This document shows positions 1-8,434 of a stretch of 64,000 nucleotides of DNA, piece after piece. A model generated the notes under the pieces. That model was not told where the DNA came from. It worked only from the letters and a program-made list of their open reading frames with translations, and did no database searches. The translations under genes and the position numbers were made by a program. Position 1 is the stretch's first letter. Every line of letters starts with the position of its first letter. Source of the stretch: a virus (Duplodnaviria > Caudoviricetes); IMG/VR virus record IMGVR_UViG_2684623125_000003, positions 3,873 to 67,872 of that record; one strand, 5' to 3'.

Positions 1-66
1 GGCCAGCTCATCTTGGGTCATTTTTAAGGCTTTCCGCCTGGACTTAATCACGTCGCTCATACTCAT
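1..66 (-). CDS. cI: Lambdoid-type CI repressor, 5' end only (MSMSDVIKSRRKALKMTQDELA...)
   Basis: XRE HTH start read by hand on the minus strand, divergent from cro. Confidence 0.75.
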   Translation of the reverse strand, partial: MSMSDVIKSRRKALKMTQDELA

Positions 67-175
67 GTAAGTAATATTACATCGCCACTTACGTCAGTTT
101 TCTTTCTTTTTTTGAATTTTTAGTTGTCACAATTCGAAAGCTCACTTACATTACCGTAATCGAAAGAACTCTTAT
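67..175. promoter_or_regulatory. Four operator-like imperfect palindromes (consensus GWAAG-N4-CTTWC at 67, 93, 136, 162) and a PR-like promoter TTGTCA(124)-17-TACATT(147)
   Basis: GTAAGtaatATTAC, GTCAGttttCTTTC, GAAAGctcaCTTAC, GAAAGaactCTTAT; two pairs each 26 bp apart. Confidence 0.65.
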
Positions 176-195
176 CAACGTAAGTGGACCGAAAG

Positions 196-381
196 ATGAT
201 GAAGGAAGAAGCACTCAGCCATTTTGGTGGTGTAGTCGAACTAGCGAAGGCCTTGGGGTGCAAGCCTCAAGCGATATCTCAGTGGGGTGAGACCATCCCC
301 AAAGGCCGTGCCTACCAGATCGAGGTGCTGACTGGCGGCCAGCTGAAAGCTGACCCCACTCAATCTCGCCCTGCGAAGTAA
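196..381 (+). CDS. cro: Cro-like repressor (P22 Cro/YdaS type)
   Basis: FGGVVELAKALGCKPQAISQWGETIP..RAYQIE motif. Confidence 0.9.
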   Translation: MMKEEALSHFGGVVELAKALGCKPQAISQWGETIPKGRAYQIEVLTGGQLKADPTQSRPAK

Positions 382-392
382 GGATTACCCCT

Positions 393-680
393 ATGCCACC
401 ACGTCATATCAACCCAGCCGTTTCGCATGCTCCGCCGGCGGCCGTCAGCGCGATCAATCTCGTGATCTCCCCTGACACTCCACCGCTGATGCCCATCGCC
501 AAGTTCGCTGAGTGGGTTGGTGTCTCTGTCGATACCGCTCGCCACTGGGTCAAAACAGGCCGGCTAGATGTATTGGAAAAGACCCGCAGCAACGAGCTGG
601 TCATGGTGAAAGTGCATGTATTTATCGCCAAGCAGATGGCCAGTGCTTTCCCCACGGTCCAGTTCAGGCTGGCGGCTTAA
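393..680 (+). CDS. cox: Cox/Apl-like excisionase-regulator
   Basis: Winged-HTH pattern IAKFAEWVGVSVDTARHWVKTGRL; position before cII. Confidence 0.7.
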   Translation: MPPRHINPAVSHAPPAAVSAINLVISPDTPPLMPIAKFAEWVGVSVDTARHWVKTGRLDVLEKTRSNELVMVKVHVFIAKQMASAFPTVQFRLAA

Positions 681-708
681 CCATAACGACCTTTGGAGGG
701 AAATCAGA

Positions 709-1191
709 GTGTCGAATACCACCAGAAACCTACACCCCCACTACCGCAGTGCCTGCGCCGGTTTCGTGAAGGATCGCAACGTAGAAAAGTTGGCCGCCAG
801 CATGGGTATGTCGGCCCATGTGCTGCGCAACAAGTTCAATCAGCAGCAGAAACACAAGCTGTCGGGTGACGACTTGATCGCGCTCTACCAGGTAACCAAA
901 GACGAAACGCTACTCGATGCCCTGCTGTTTGAGTGTGGCCTGACTGCTGTCGCCATCCCCGATGCAGAGCGGGCGCCATCCCTGACCCACCAGGTGATCC
1001 AGCTCAACTCGCAAATAGCGAGCATCGGCCAGCGCACCCTGGAGCTCACGGAACGCGGCCGCATCACCAGCAACGAGCACCGATCTTTCATGAGCATTGC
1101 CGCCGCCGCGATGGGCTCAGTGGCGCTGCTGATCAATGACGTCGAACAGCGCTTTCAGGTGGTGTCGCCCCTTGCGGCACTGGCGATGTGA
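709..1191 (+). CDS. cII: Phage regulatory protein CII (186/CP76 family)
   Basis: GTG start after GGAGG; VLRNKFN..HKLS motif; homologous to 33608-34141. Confidence 0.85.
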   Translation: MSNTTRNLHPHYRSACAGFVKDRNVEKLAASMGMSAHVLRNKFNQQQKHKLSGDDLIALYQVTKDETLLDALLFECGLTAVAIPDAERAPSLTHQVIQLNSQIASIGQRTLELTERGRITSNEHRSFMSIAAAAMGSVALLINDVEQRFQVVSPLAALAM

Positions 1192-1204
1192 GAAGGAGGA
1201 AAAG

Positions 1205-1630
1205 ATGAATTTACGAGCGAGTGCAGCCGAGAAGGCGCTGGCAGAAATGCGTGAAGCGCTTTACCACGCCAATTGCAGGGTTGCGAAGTATTGGGGCGAG
1301 CTCAATCAGCCGCAACGTCGAGCCATCTGCAATGAAGCCGAGTTACCCAGTTCGCTGGCAAGGCCTGAATTCCCACTTGGGGAGCGCGACCGCGAGGCCC
1401 TTTGCCTGGCCATGCGCCGTCTTGGGTACCAACACCTGTTTCACGGTGCAGTCAGCCTCGAAGAATGGCGCACTGGTTTGATCGCACCACCAGAAGAAAA
1501 ACCAGAGGTCACAGGACCAGCCGACCGGCTGGCGAAGAGCAAAGGCTTGTTGATGACACTGGTCAACAACCCACAAACCGCAAATTGCGGGCAAGAAAAA
1601 ACCCCGATCACTGGTGCCGCAAACACCTAA
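1205..1630 (+). CDS. Early protein, P2 gpB-like
   Basis: AGGAGG RBS; WGELNQPQRRAIC resembles the gpB-type motif. Confidence 0.55.
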   Translation: MNLRASAAEKALAEMREALYHANCRVAKYWGELNQPQRRAICNEAELPSSLARPEFPLGERDREALCLAMRRLGYQHLFHGAVSLEEWRTGLIAPPEEKPEVTGPADRLAKSKGLLMTLVNNPQTANCGQEKTPITGAANT

Positions 1631-1701
1631 CGGGGTTCCTATCAATCACTTATCACGGGAATTGACATGGCAACTTTAGCAATCCCCTGCGCGCTGCGCA
1701 A
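1596..1701 (-). ncRNA. Predicted antisense sRNA (~1666 to ~1596) with promoter TTGCGC-17-TAAAGT and intrinsic terminator
   Basis: Promoter, hairpin and U6 tract conserved with the copy at 34609-34711. Confidence 0.6.
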
Positions 1702-1852
1702 CCGCAAGATCCAGAACAGCCGTATTGCTGGCCCATATGCCGCCCGCTACTCGGAAAACGACCTGACGATCCTGAGCCAGCGCGCTAACGCCCTGGTCTG
1801 GGCTTCTCTGTTTGGTCACATCAATCGCCTTAATGCCCATCAAGGAGCCTAA
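1667..1852 (+). CDS. Small early protein (MATLAI..., 61 aa)
   Basis: Positional homolog at 34677-34853 shares the N-terminus. Confidence 0.7.
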   Translation: MATLAIPCALRNRKIQNSRIAGPYAARYSENDLTILSQRANALVWASLFGHINRLNAHQGA

Positions 1853-1854
1853 CC

Positions 1855-2142
1855 ATGACCATGCACACCACTGAAATGCCGTCTATGACAGCCCTCAATG
1901 CCAGTACCCGCCAACGACTGCGCCAGCTGCGCGAATTTCTGGGGATGAGTCGTCCCAAATTCGCAGCACAGCTGGATATCCCACCCACCACCCTCAAGAA
2001 CTACGAGCTGGGCTATCGCGAGATTGGCGGCGGCCTGCTGCTGCGCATCATCAATACCCCCGGCCTGTCTGATTACGCCGTATGGCTGATGAAAGGCTCT
2101 CTGATCATCCCCGAGCAAGTGCGCCCGGCCCATCCCAACTAA
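1855..2142 (+). CDS. XRE HTH protein resembling the P2 C immunity repressor
   Basis: LRQLREFLGMSRPKFAAQLDIPPTTLKNYELG...TPGLSDYAVWLM. Confidence 0.8.
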   Translation: MTMHTTEMPSMTALNASTRQRLRQLREFLGMSRPKFAAQLDIPPTTLKNYELGYREIGGGLLLRIINTPGLSDYAVWLMKGSLIIPEQVRPAHPN

Positions 2143-2177
2143 TCCCACAAGGGGCTGCTTCAGCAGCCCCTGGAGCA

Positions 2178-2399
2178 ATGCACATGGAAGGATTCAAGAG
2201 CATTGGCCGGATACCGGCCCAGATACAGGCAAAAGCGGCAGTGGTGCTGGCCTGTCAACGCCCTCGCCGGCTGCAATCCGGGTGTGGGGATGTCATTGCA
2301 GTGGGCTACCGATACCGCCTGTTTCGGCCCTGTGGGGCCAGCGGTTATCAGCTGATGACCCACGAGCGGTACAACAAACTGACCGTAAGAAAGCGTTGA
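2178..2399 (+). CDS. Small basic protein, ParE/RelE-like fold candidate
   Basis: GGAG RBS; VGYRYRLF...LMTHERYNK pattern. Confidence 0.55.
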   Translation: MHMEGFKSIGRIPAQIQAKAAVVLACQRPRRLQSGCGDVIAVGYRYRLFRPCGASGYQLMTHERYNKLTVRKR

Positions 2400-2409
2400 G
2401 GAAATAGCT

Positions 2410-2859
2410 ATGAGTGACACAATCAAGATAGCCAACCAAGCCCCCAAGCTCATCGAAGGGCTGCTGGCCGACATGTTCGCCGCCCGGGCTGATGACAATC
2501 GGGTGTGCCTGGGCAGCGTATGGTCAGGCCCGCAGCACATTCAGATCCAGCTTGTGGCCACAAGCAGCCCAGACGCGCTGCTGGATGATGACAGCAGCGA
2601 TGATGAATACGCCGAAACCGGTGAGCTGGTCCAGCCGAAAAGCGGGCTGTGGCTCCACTGGCAGAGCTACCGAGCCGACTACATCGGCGCCTCTAACGCC
2701 ACCTATGGCACTGATGCTGCTGAGGTGCTCGCCCTTGGGGCGATCCGTTCCATCTACTGGCTGGCACTCGGTCAAGGGGAGACCCCGCTTGCTACCGAAA
2801 TCGGCGACTGGTGGAAAGAGTGCTCACCCCTGCATGGACTGGGCGAGGTGATCCGATGA
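2410..2859 (+). CDS. Conserved phage early protein (fusion of two P2x genes)
   Basis: Halves match 35214-35423 and 35420-35728. Confidence 0.8.
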   Translation: MSDTIKIANQAPKLIEGLLADMFAARADDNRVCLGSVWSGPQHIQIQLVATSSPDALLDDDSSDDEYAETGELVQPKSGLWLHWQSYRADYIGASNATYGTDAAEVLALGAIRSIYWLALGQGETPLATEIGDWWKECSPLHGLGEVIR

Positions 2860-3140
2860 CCGAAAACACCCCGGACTTTTCAGCACTGCAAGCAGAAGTA
2901 GAGGCCGACATTGCCACCTTGTCCGCCATCGCCAAGGTGAAGCTGGCAACCCTTCGTCAGTACCAACGCCAGCTCCTCACCTTACGAGAGGCCCGCCTGC
3001 CAGAGCCCAAATACGCCCTGTGCCGCCTTCTGTTCGAATGCAGAGAGGAGCGCCGCGCCCGTATCGAGGCGTTAGACACTGTCGCCCACCAGGAGCGGTA
3101 TCTTGCCCACCTGCGCTGTGACGAGCCCCTGCCGTTCTAA
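2856..3140 (+). CDS. Hypothetical coiled-coil early protein
   Basis: ATGA overlap; homolog at 35725-35982. Confidence 0.75.
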   Translation: MTENTPDFSALQAEVEADIATLSAIAKVKLATLRQYQRQLLTLREARLPEPKYALCRLLFECREERRARIEALDTVAHQERYLAHLRCDEPLPF

Positions 3141-5905
3141 TGTCGCTCCACCCCGATCTGTTCGACGCTAAACCCATAACCCCCAGGCAGCCTGTTGCCT
3201 GGAAACTGGCAGCATCCACCAAAGCCATGGCGCGTCGCATCATGGCTTGTCGTCGTGTCTCACTCTGCCCACTCGACGCATCCCGCCTCCCCGCAGCTCG
3301 GCGTAGGGAGCTCGCCGGCGGCGATATCAATACCCGGGTAGAGGCCATCAAGAGCTATTTTGTCGGCATCCCTGGCGCCTATGCCTTGGACTGGGCGCTT
3401 GACCTGCTGGAGCGGCCGATCCCGCGTGAGAACGGCGGGCCAGGGGTGCAGCTGCCCGGAGATCTGATCGCCGAGTTGTTCGTGGGTTACTGCTCCCGTC
3501 GCGCCCCGGACGTGCTCAAGGGGGTGGCCATCTGCAAGGAGGCCAACCGCTGGCTATCAAGCCGCATCACCACCCTGCGCCAGGTACAAAACGTGATCCC
3601 CGAACCGCTCGAAGCGCTGCGCACCAAAGAGAGCCGTGAGCGCCTGGCCGTCAACTACGCCGAACGGGTCACCCGCTTGTGTAATGCCATCACTGACTTT
3701 GGCGCTGAGCAGGTGCCGCCGCTGCGCTTGTGGTATGCCTGCCGCCAACCGCTGGCCGCCTGGGGTATGCTGCCCCGCCTGCCCAGGTTCAGAACAGCCG
3801 CAAGCCGCGACGACTTCATCACCCACCACCTTATCCGCTGGCTCGACCCCAAGTGGTGGGCCAGGCGCATGCGCAAGATCTGGGATCAGTACAACGAGCA
3901 TTGCGCCATCCTGCTCGGCAAGGTGCGCAAAGGGGTATCCGCCTACGTGTCCAGCCAGGGCCTGCAAGCCTTTATCGAGCGCCAGCGTATGGCCGCCGCC
4001 TGGCTCAAGGACATGGAAGCTTATAACGCCCAGGACGACATCATCATCAGCCTGGAGGATGCTGTAAAAGCCTCCATCGCTAACCCGGAGAACCGCCGCC
4101 ATGAGCTGATTGTTCGGGCGCGCGGCTTCTCTGATGTGGCTGATGAAATGGGCTATGTGGGTCTGTTCTTCACCTGGACGGCACCGAGCCGCTTCCACCC
4201 TTGGAAGACAGTACGAGCCTCCCAGGCCGGCGGGCCAGATAGCACAGAAGAGAACCCCAAGCACGACGGCTCATCCCCTCGCGATTCGCAACACTACATC
4301 AGCGAGCTGTGGAAGCGCTGCCGTTCTGCCCTCGATCGCAACCTGGCCAAGCGGGGGGAGTTCCTGGTGGCCGACCCTATCGACTATTTCGGCTTTCGGG
4401 TGGTCGAACCCCACCACGACGGCACGCCCCACTGGCACCTGCTGATCTGGGTCAAACCCGAGCACCAGCACCGGCTGATCGGCATCCTGCAGCGCTACGC
4501 TCTGAGCCATGACAAAGGCGACCTGGAACGCAAACGCCACCCAGACAGCAAAAAGCCTTATAGCGACATCACGCCCCGCTTTGACTGGAAGGTAATGGAC
4601 AAGGAGAAGGGCGGCGCCGTCGGCTACATCGTCAAATACATCGCCAAAAACATCGACGGGTACCGGGTCGGCGACGAAGGCGATCTGGAAGCCGAGACCG
4701 CGGCTACCGAAGGCGCCCGCCGAGTGCGGGCTTGGGCCTCGCTCTGGGGCCTGCGCCAGTTCCAACCCTTGAAAGGGCCACCGGTCGGGATCTGGCGGGA
4801 GCTACGCCGGCTACCTGGCCGTCTGCAAGAGGCCAAGGGGATCGTCGTGGCCCCGCTGGCCAGCCCCATCATGGAAGAGTGCCGGCGCTATGCCGACGCG
4901 GTGGACTGGAAGAACTTCACCCAAGCCATGGGCGGCCCCTGCTGCCGGCGCGATGAACGCCCCTTGAGTATCCACCGCACCGCTTTTGCCGAACCCAATC
5001 AGTACGGCGAACCGCAAACCAAGCTTGTGGGCGTGCGGGCCGCAGACGGCCTCATCCAGCAGACCCGAGTGGGGAAATGGGTGCTGCGTAAATGTGGTTC
5101 ACAGAGTACCACCGAGGCCCAGGGCAGCGGGTTTTGGTCTGTGGGCGAGCGCAGCGAGTTAGTGGGTACCGAGCGAAGCGAAGGGGGTTTCCCCCTTGGA
5201 GCTCTGGCAACAACTGTACGCGACGATCTCGAAGGATCTAAGGAGGATCCATTGGGCGGCATAAATCTGTTCCATTTGGGGTTAGATGGTGAAGAAGTCG
5301 CCATGGTCCGCCGCGGCTTAATTGTCAGGGCGGGGGACCGGTCAGTTTGCATCCGGGATGGTGAGTTGAAAGTGACCGAACGGCATCCGTTCGAATCACC
5401 AAACGAACCATCATCGTATCAAATTGAAGCCGAAGCCAGGCGCCGGGAGGCAAAACGCCAGGCGGAGCTCAAGGATGTGCGGGGCTTGCTGGCCGAGTCC
5501 GGGGATCCAGCGGCTTGGCTGGCCAGCATGACGGCCGCCGGCACCGATGATGCCCTGGCGTTGCTGGAGGTCCTGGGGGATGGGGACGCCGAGGCAGCCC
5601 GCGTCCAGCTTGACCGGCTGCGCGATACTGTCGATCTGCAGACGTGGCCACTGCCACCAGTCGAGCGCCGCCAAGAGGCGATCAGCAATGCCGAGTTCTT
5701 CGGGCCGTCAACAGATGGCCAGCGCTCGCCTACCCGCAAACAAGATGTGCACCACCTGATTGCCGAATCAACCAGAGCGCGCTTGGCCGACGTTCGTCCA
5801 GAACATCGAGAAGTGCTGCTCACTCACCTGATGGCCAAAGCCGATGCCATGACACCAGGCGGCGGCGACACCGTCGCATTCGTTGCCGATTGTTTACTGG
5901 CATAA
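3140..5905 (+). CDS. A: Replication endonuclease gpA (rolling-circle HUH)
   Basis: FFTWTAPSRFH, EPHHDGTPHWH and YIVKYIAKNIDG motifs. Confidence 0.95.
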   Translation: MSLHPDLFDAKPITPRQPVAWKLAASTKAMARRIMACRRVSLCPLDASRLPAARRRELAGGDINTRVEAIKSYFVGIPGAYALDWALDLLERPIPRENGGPGVQLPGDLIAELFVGYCSRRAPDVLKGVAICKEANRWLSSRITTLRQVQNVIPEPLEALRTKESRERLAVNYAERVTRLCNAITDFGAEQVPPLRLWYACRQPLAAWGMLPRLPRFRTAASRDDFITHHLIRWLDPKWWARRMRKIWDQYNEHCAILLGKVRKGVSAYVSSQGLQAFIERQRMAAAWLKDMEAYNAQDDIIISLEDAVKASIANPENRRHELIVRARGFSDVADEMGYVGLFFTWTAPSRFHPWKTVRASQAGGPDSTEENPKHDGSSPRDSQHYISELWKRCRSALDRNLAKRGEFLVADPIDYFGFRVVEPHHDGTPHWHLLIWVKPEHQHRLIGILQRYALSHDKGDLERKRHPDSKKPYSDITPRFDWKVMDKEKGGAVGYIVKYIAKNIDGYRVGDEGDLEAETAATEGARRVRAWASLWGLRQFQPLKGPPVGIWRELRRLPGRLQEAKGIVVAPLASPIMEECRRYADAVDWKNFTQAMGGPCCRRDERPLSIHRTAFAEPNQYGEPQTKLVGVRAADGLIQQTRVGKWVLRKCGSQSTTEAQGSGFWSVGERSELVGTERSEGGFPLGALATTVRDDLEGSKEDPLGGINLFHLGLDGEEVAMVRRGLIVRAGDRSVCIRDGELKVTERHPFESPNEPSSYQIEAEARRREAKRQAELKDVRGLLAESGDPAAWLASMTAAGTDDALALLEVLGDGDAEAARVQLDRLRDTVDLQTWPLPPVERRQEAISNAEFFGPSTDGQRSPTRKQDVHHLIAESTRARLADVRPEHREVLLTHLMAKADAMTPGGGDTVAFVADCLLA
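5194..5220 (+). other. ori: Rolling-circle origin inside gpA
   Basis: CCTTGGAGCTCTGGCAACAACTGTACG resembles the P2 ori; 25/27 identical to 37785-37811. Confidence 0.8.
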
Positions 5906-5985
5906 CTGAACAAGATAAGAGGGAAAAAATTAGAATCGTTGGATACCATAAAACACATATGCGCGATCAGGCTTAGAGGCATAAC

Positions 5986-6005
5986 AAAGGGGCCGGAGGC
6001 CCCTG
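5986..6005 (-). terminator. Intrinsic terminator
   Basis: AGGGGCC-TCC-GGCCCCT followed by TTGTT on the minus strand. Confidence 0.6.
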
Positions 6006-6016
6006 ATGTAGCTAGA

Positions 6017-6286
6017 CTAAGCCTGATACTCTGCCAAGCCAGATAGAACGCGATGGACGACATCAGCCGGACAGCCGTCCCGTTCAACCAATTTTATGGC
6101 CTCAGCCATCACTGCTTGCTGTCTCTGCTCAAAAGTCATCTCTTGAATGTCTCTCTCGCAAGCCAATGAGCTGTTCTGATATTGGTGACTTACCATTGCC
6201 TGATCAGGCCAAGGGACCAAAGCAATTTCAGGTGAATTTGGATTCCAGCACAACATAACCATTGTTGAATCAACATAGTTTGACAT
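6017..6286 (-). CDS. Hypothetical moron protein (89 aa, MSNYVDST...)
   Basis: GAGGAG RBS, own terminator, located in the rep-portal variable region. Confidence 0.65.
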   Translation of the reverse strand: MSNYVDSTMVMLCWNPNSPEIALVPWPDQAMVSHQYQNSSLACERDIQEMTFEQRQQAVMAEAIKLVERDGCPADVVHRVLSGLAEYQA

Positions 6287-6486
6287 CAGAATCTCCTCAC
6301 TGGGTTGGATTATCGTATCGCTCATTTAGAGGCCACGCGGAAACCTCTGGTTGGAAACACCTCAAAGACTGATATGTCAACAACTTAAGTGTTGTTAGAT
6401 TGGCCCCTTGAAGAGCCAGACACTTCGCCCCTCTTAACTTAAGAGGTAGTCTTGGAACTATGTTCAGTACTAGTCGCAACGAGAAG

Positions 6487-6855
6487 ATGGTCGAAGTGTT
6501 AACAGGGGCTGAGCGCCGTCGACGCCGGACTCCGCAGGAAAAGATCGCCATCGTGCAGCAGACCTTTGAGCCCGGAATGACCGTCTCTCATGTCGCTCGC
6601 TTGCACGACGTCAACGCCAACCAGCTTTTCAAATGGCGTAAGCAATTCCAGGAAGGGTCTCTCACGGCGATCACCGCCGGTGAGGATGTTGTTCCAGCCT
6701 CCGAGTTGGCTGCTGCCATCAAGCAGATCCGAGAGCTCCAGCGTCTGCTCGGGAAGAAGACCATGGAGAACGAGATCCTCAAAGAAGCCGTGGAGTATGG
6801 TCAAGCAAAAAAATGGATTGCGCTTGCGCCCTTGTTGCCGGGGGGCGACGATTAA
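6487..6855 (+). CDS. IS2-like OrfA (InsC-like)
   Basis: [25 protein letters not shown]; A7 slippery run near 6807-6813. Confidence 0.9.
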   Translation: MVEVLTGAERRRRRTPQEKIAIVQQTFEPGMTVSHVARLHDVNANQLFKWRKQFQEGSLTAITAGEDVVPASELAAAIKQIRELQRLLGKKTMENEILKEAVEYGQAKKWIALAPLLPGGDD

Positions 6856-7691
6856 GTGCTGTGAGCCAGGCCCTTAATGTATCGCGTGCGCAGCTATCCG
6901 TTCGTGTTCATCGAAAACCAGGTTGGCAAGATGGTCGTCATCATCGCCAGCATGATGATGCTGCCTTACTTGGCCGGATCATGGAGGCGATGGCTGAGCT
7001 TCCCTCCTATGGGTATCGCCGAGTCTGGGCGCTGTTACGGCGTCAGTCAGAGGCAACACGACAGCCTGTGGTAAACGCCAAACGGGTATATCGCGTCATG
7101 CGCGATCATGGCCTGCTGCTGGAAAGAAAACCGGCTGCACCATTGGCCCAGCAGGCACATAAGGGGCGTGTTGCCGTCAAAGAGAGCAATCGACGTTGGT
7201 GCTCAGATGGCTTCGAGTTTCGCTGCGATAACGGTGAAAAACTACGAGTCACGTTCGCCATGGACTGCTGCGATAGGGAGGCGTTGGACTGGGCGGCCAG
7301 TACCGGGGGTTACGACAGTGACACGGTGCAAGATGTCATGCTGAGGTCTGTCGAACGACGCTTCGGGGATGCGTTGCCGGCATCACCGGTGGAGTGGCTG
7401 ACTGATAATGGCTCGGCGTATCGCGCCCATGAGACCCGCGCGTTTGCACGAGAAATCGGGTTGGAGCCCAGAACGACTGCGGTGAGAAGCCCACAGAGCA
7501 ACGGTATAGCGGAGAGCTTCGTCAAGACGATGAAGCGAGACTATATCGAGATGATGCCGAAACCAGATAGCCGAACAGCGGTAGGCAACTTGGCCATCGC
7601 GTTTGAGCATTATAACGAACACCACCCGCACAGCGCCTTGGGATACCGTTCACCTCGGGAATTTCTGCGCAGTCGGGTATCACAACCCTAA
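6813..7691 (+). CDS. IS2-like OrfB, DDE transposase (fused to OrfA by -1 frameshift)
   Basis: [27 protein letters not shown] motifs. Confidence 0.92.
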   Translation: MDCACALVAGGRRLSAVSQALNVSRAQLSVRVHRKPGWQDGRHHRQHDDAALLGRIMEAMAELPSYGYRRVWALLRRQSEATRQPVVNAKRVYRVMRDHGLLLERKPAAPLAQQAHKGRVAVKESNRRWCSDGFEFRCDNGEKLRVTFAMDCCDREALDWAASTGGYDSDTVQDVMLRSVERRFGDALPASPVEWLTDNGSAYRAHETRAFAREIGLEPRTTAVRSPQSNGIAESFVKTMKRDYIEMMPKPDSRTAVGNLAIAFEHYNEHHPHSALGYRSPREFLRSRVSQP

Positions 7692-7763
7692 GCGGGAAAA
7701 AGTGTCTGGATCTATGGGGTCGAATCCAGTTGTTGCTGATGCCGATGACTAGCTTTATCGGCA

Positions 7764-8111
7764 TCAAAGTAGCCGTTCAATTACCACAGGAAGAACCGCT
7801 AGAGTCAAAGCCCCAAGGTAGCTGAATATCCATTTACGAGCACGAAGAGCAAAGCCCTTCTGCAATTTTTCGTAGATGAAACGGTTATTGTCTTTAACCA
7901 CATCCCAGCATTGGGCAACTGTTAGCGGCTCCCTGACCCAATGCACCTCCAACCAACCTTCGTTCAGTTCATAATTCTCCCCATATTCTTGTGAGTATGA
8001 AGATAGAGCGATGCGCATCATCTTAGTGCGCTCCGTGTACTCCTCGAGTGAAACTGGACACGGAAGATCGTACAACGACACAAACTCAGGCCGAAAAAAT
8101 CGCATATGCAT
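7764..8111 (-). CDS. Hypothetical moron protein with C-terminal TM helix
   Basis: Own promoter TTGCAA-16-TAGAAT (8165-8138, minus strand); lower GC. Confidence 0.65.
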   Translation of the reverse strand: MHMRFFRPEFVSLYDLPCPVSLEEYTERTKMMRIALSSYSQEYGENYELNEGWLEVHWVREPLTVAQCWDVVKDNNRFIYEKLQKGFALRARKWIFSYLGALTLAVLPVVIERLL

Positions 8112-8321
8112 CCCCTGCTTTGTTTATGAACAAGCTAATTCTATCAGATCAAAAAAACCTTGCAAATCAATGCATTGCTGTTGACACCTCAGCATTGAGT
8201 TAAAAAGACCTGTGTCAACATGTCGAACAAGCAAGAGATAACCCCCCTGCCCCGTGGCTGTGTGGAGCATGTGAGGATTGAATTTCCCCCGTATTACTAC
8301 TCGGGCCTGATTACAAAAAGA

Positions 8322-8370
8322 GCCAGCATAAGAGGGTGACTAGCGCAGTCTGTCTCCCTCTTATGCTGGC
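8322..8370. repeat. 15-bp perfect inverted repeat (long hairpin)
   Basis: GCCAGCATAAGAGGG-N19-CCCTCTTATGCTGGC. Confidence 0.85.
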
Positions 8371-8407
8371 CGGTAAGCGAAGCGCGGCAGTTGATTGGCA
8401 GGAAAGC

Positions 8408-8434
8408 AAAGGGGCACATCATGCGCCCCTTTTT
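8408..8434. terminator. Bidirectional terminator after ogr
   Basis: AAAGGGGCAC-ATCAT-GCGCCCCTTTTT. Confidence 0.6.

Larger units (their letters stand above)
6396..7728 (+). mobile_element. IS3-family, IS2-group insertion sequence (1333 bp)
   Basis: Ends TAGATTGGCCCC.. / ..GGGGTCGAATCCA; 5-bp target duplication GTTGT at 6391-6395 and 7729-7733. Confidence 0.95.

Noticed and set aside
6297-7767. A gene interrupted by the IS
   Set aside because: Removing the IS and one target copy gives only MPIKLVIGISNNT-stop
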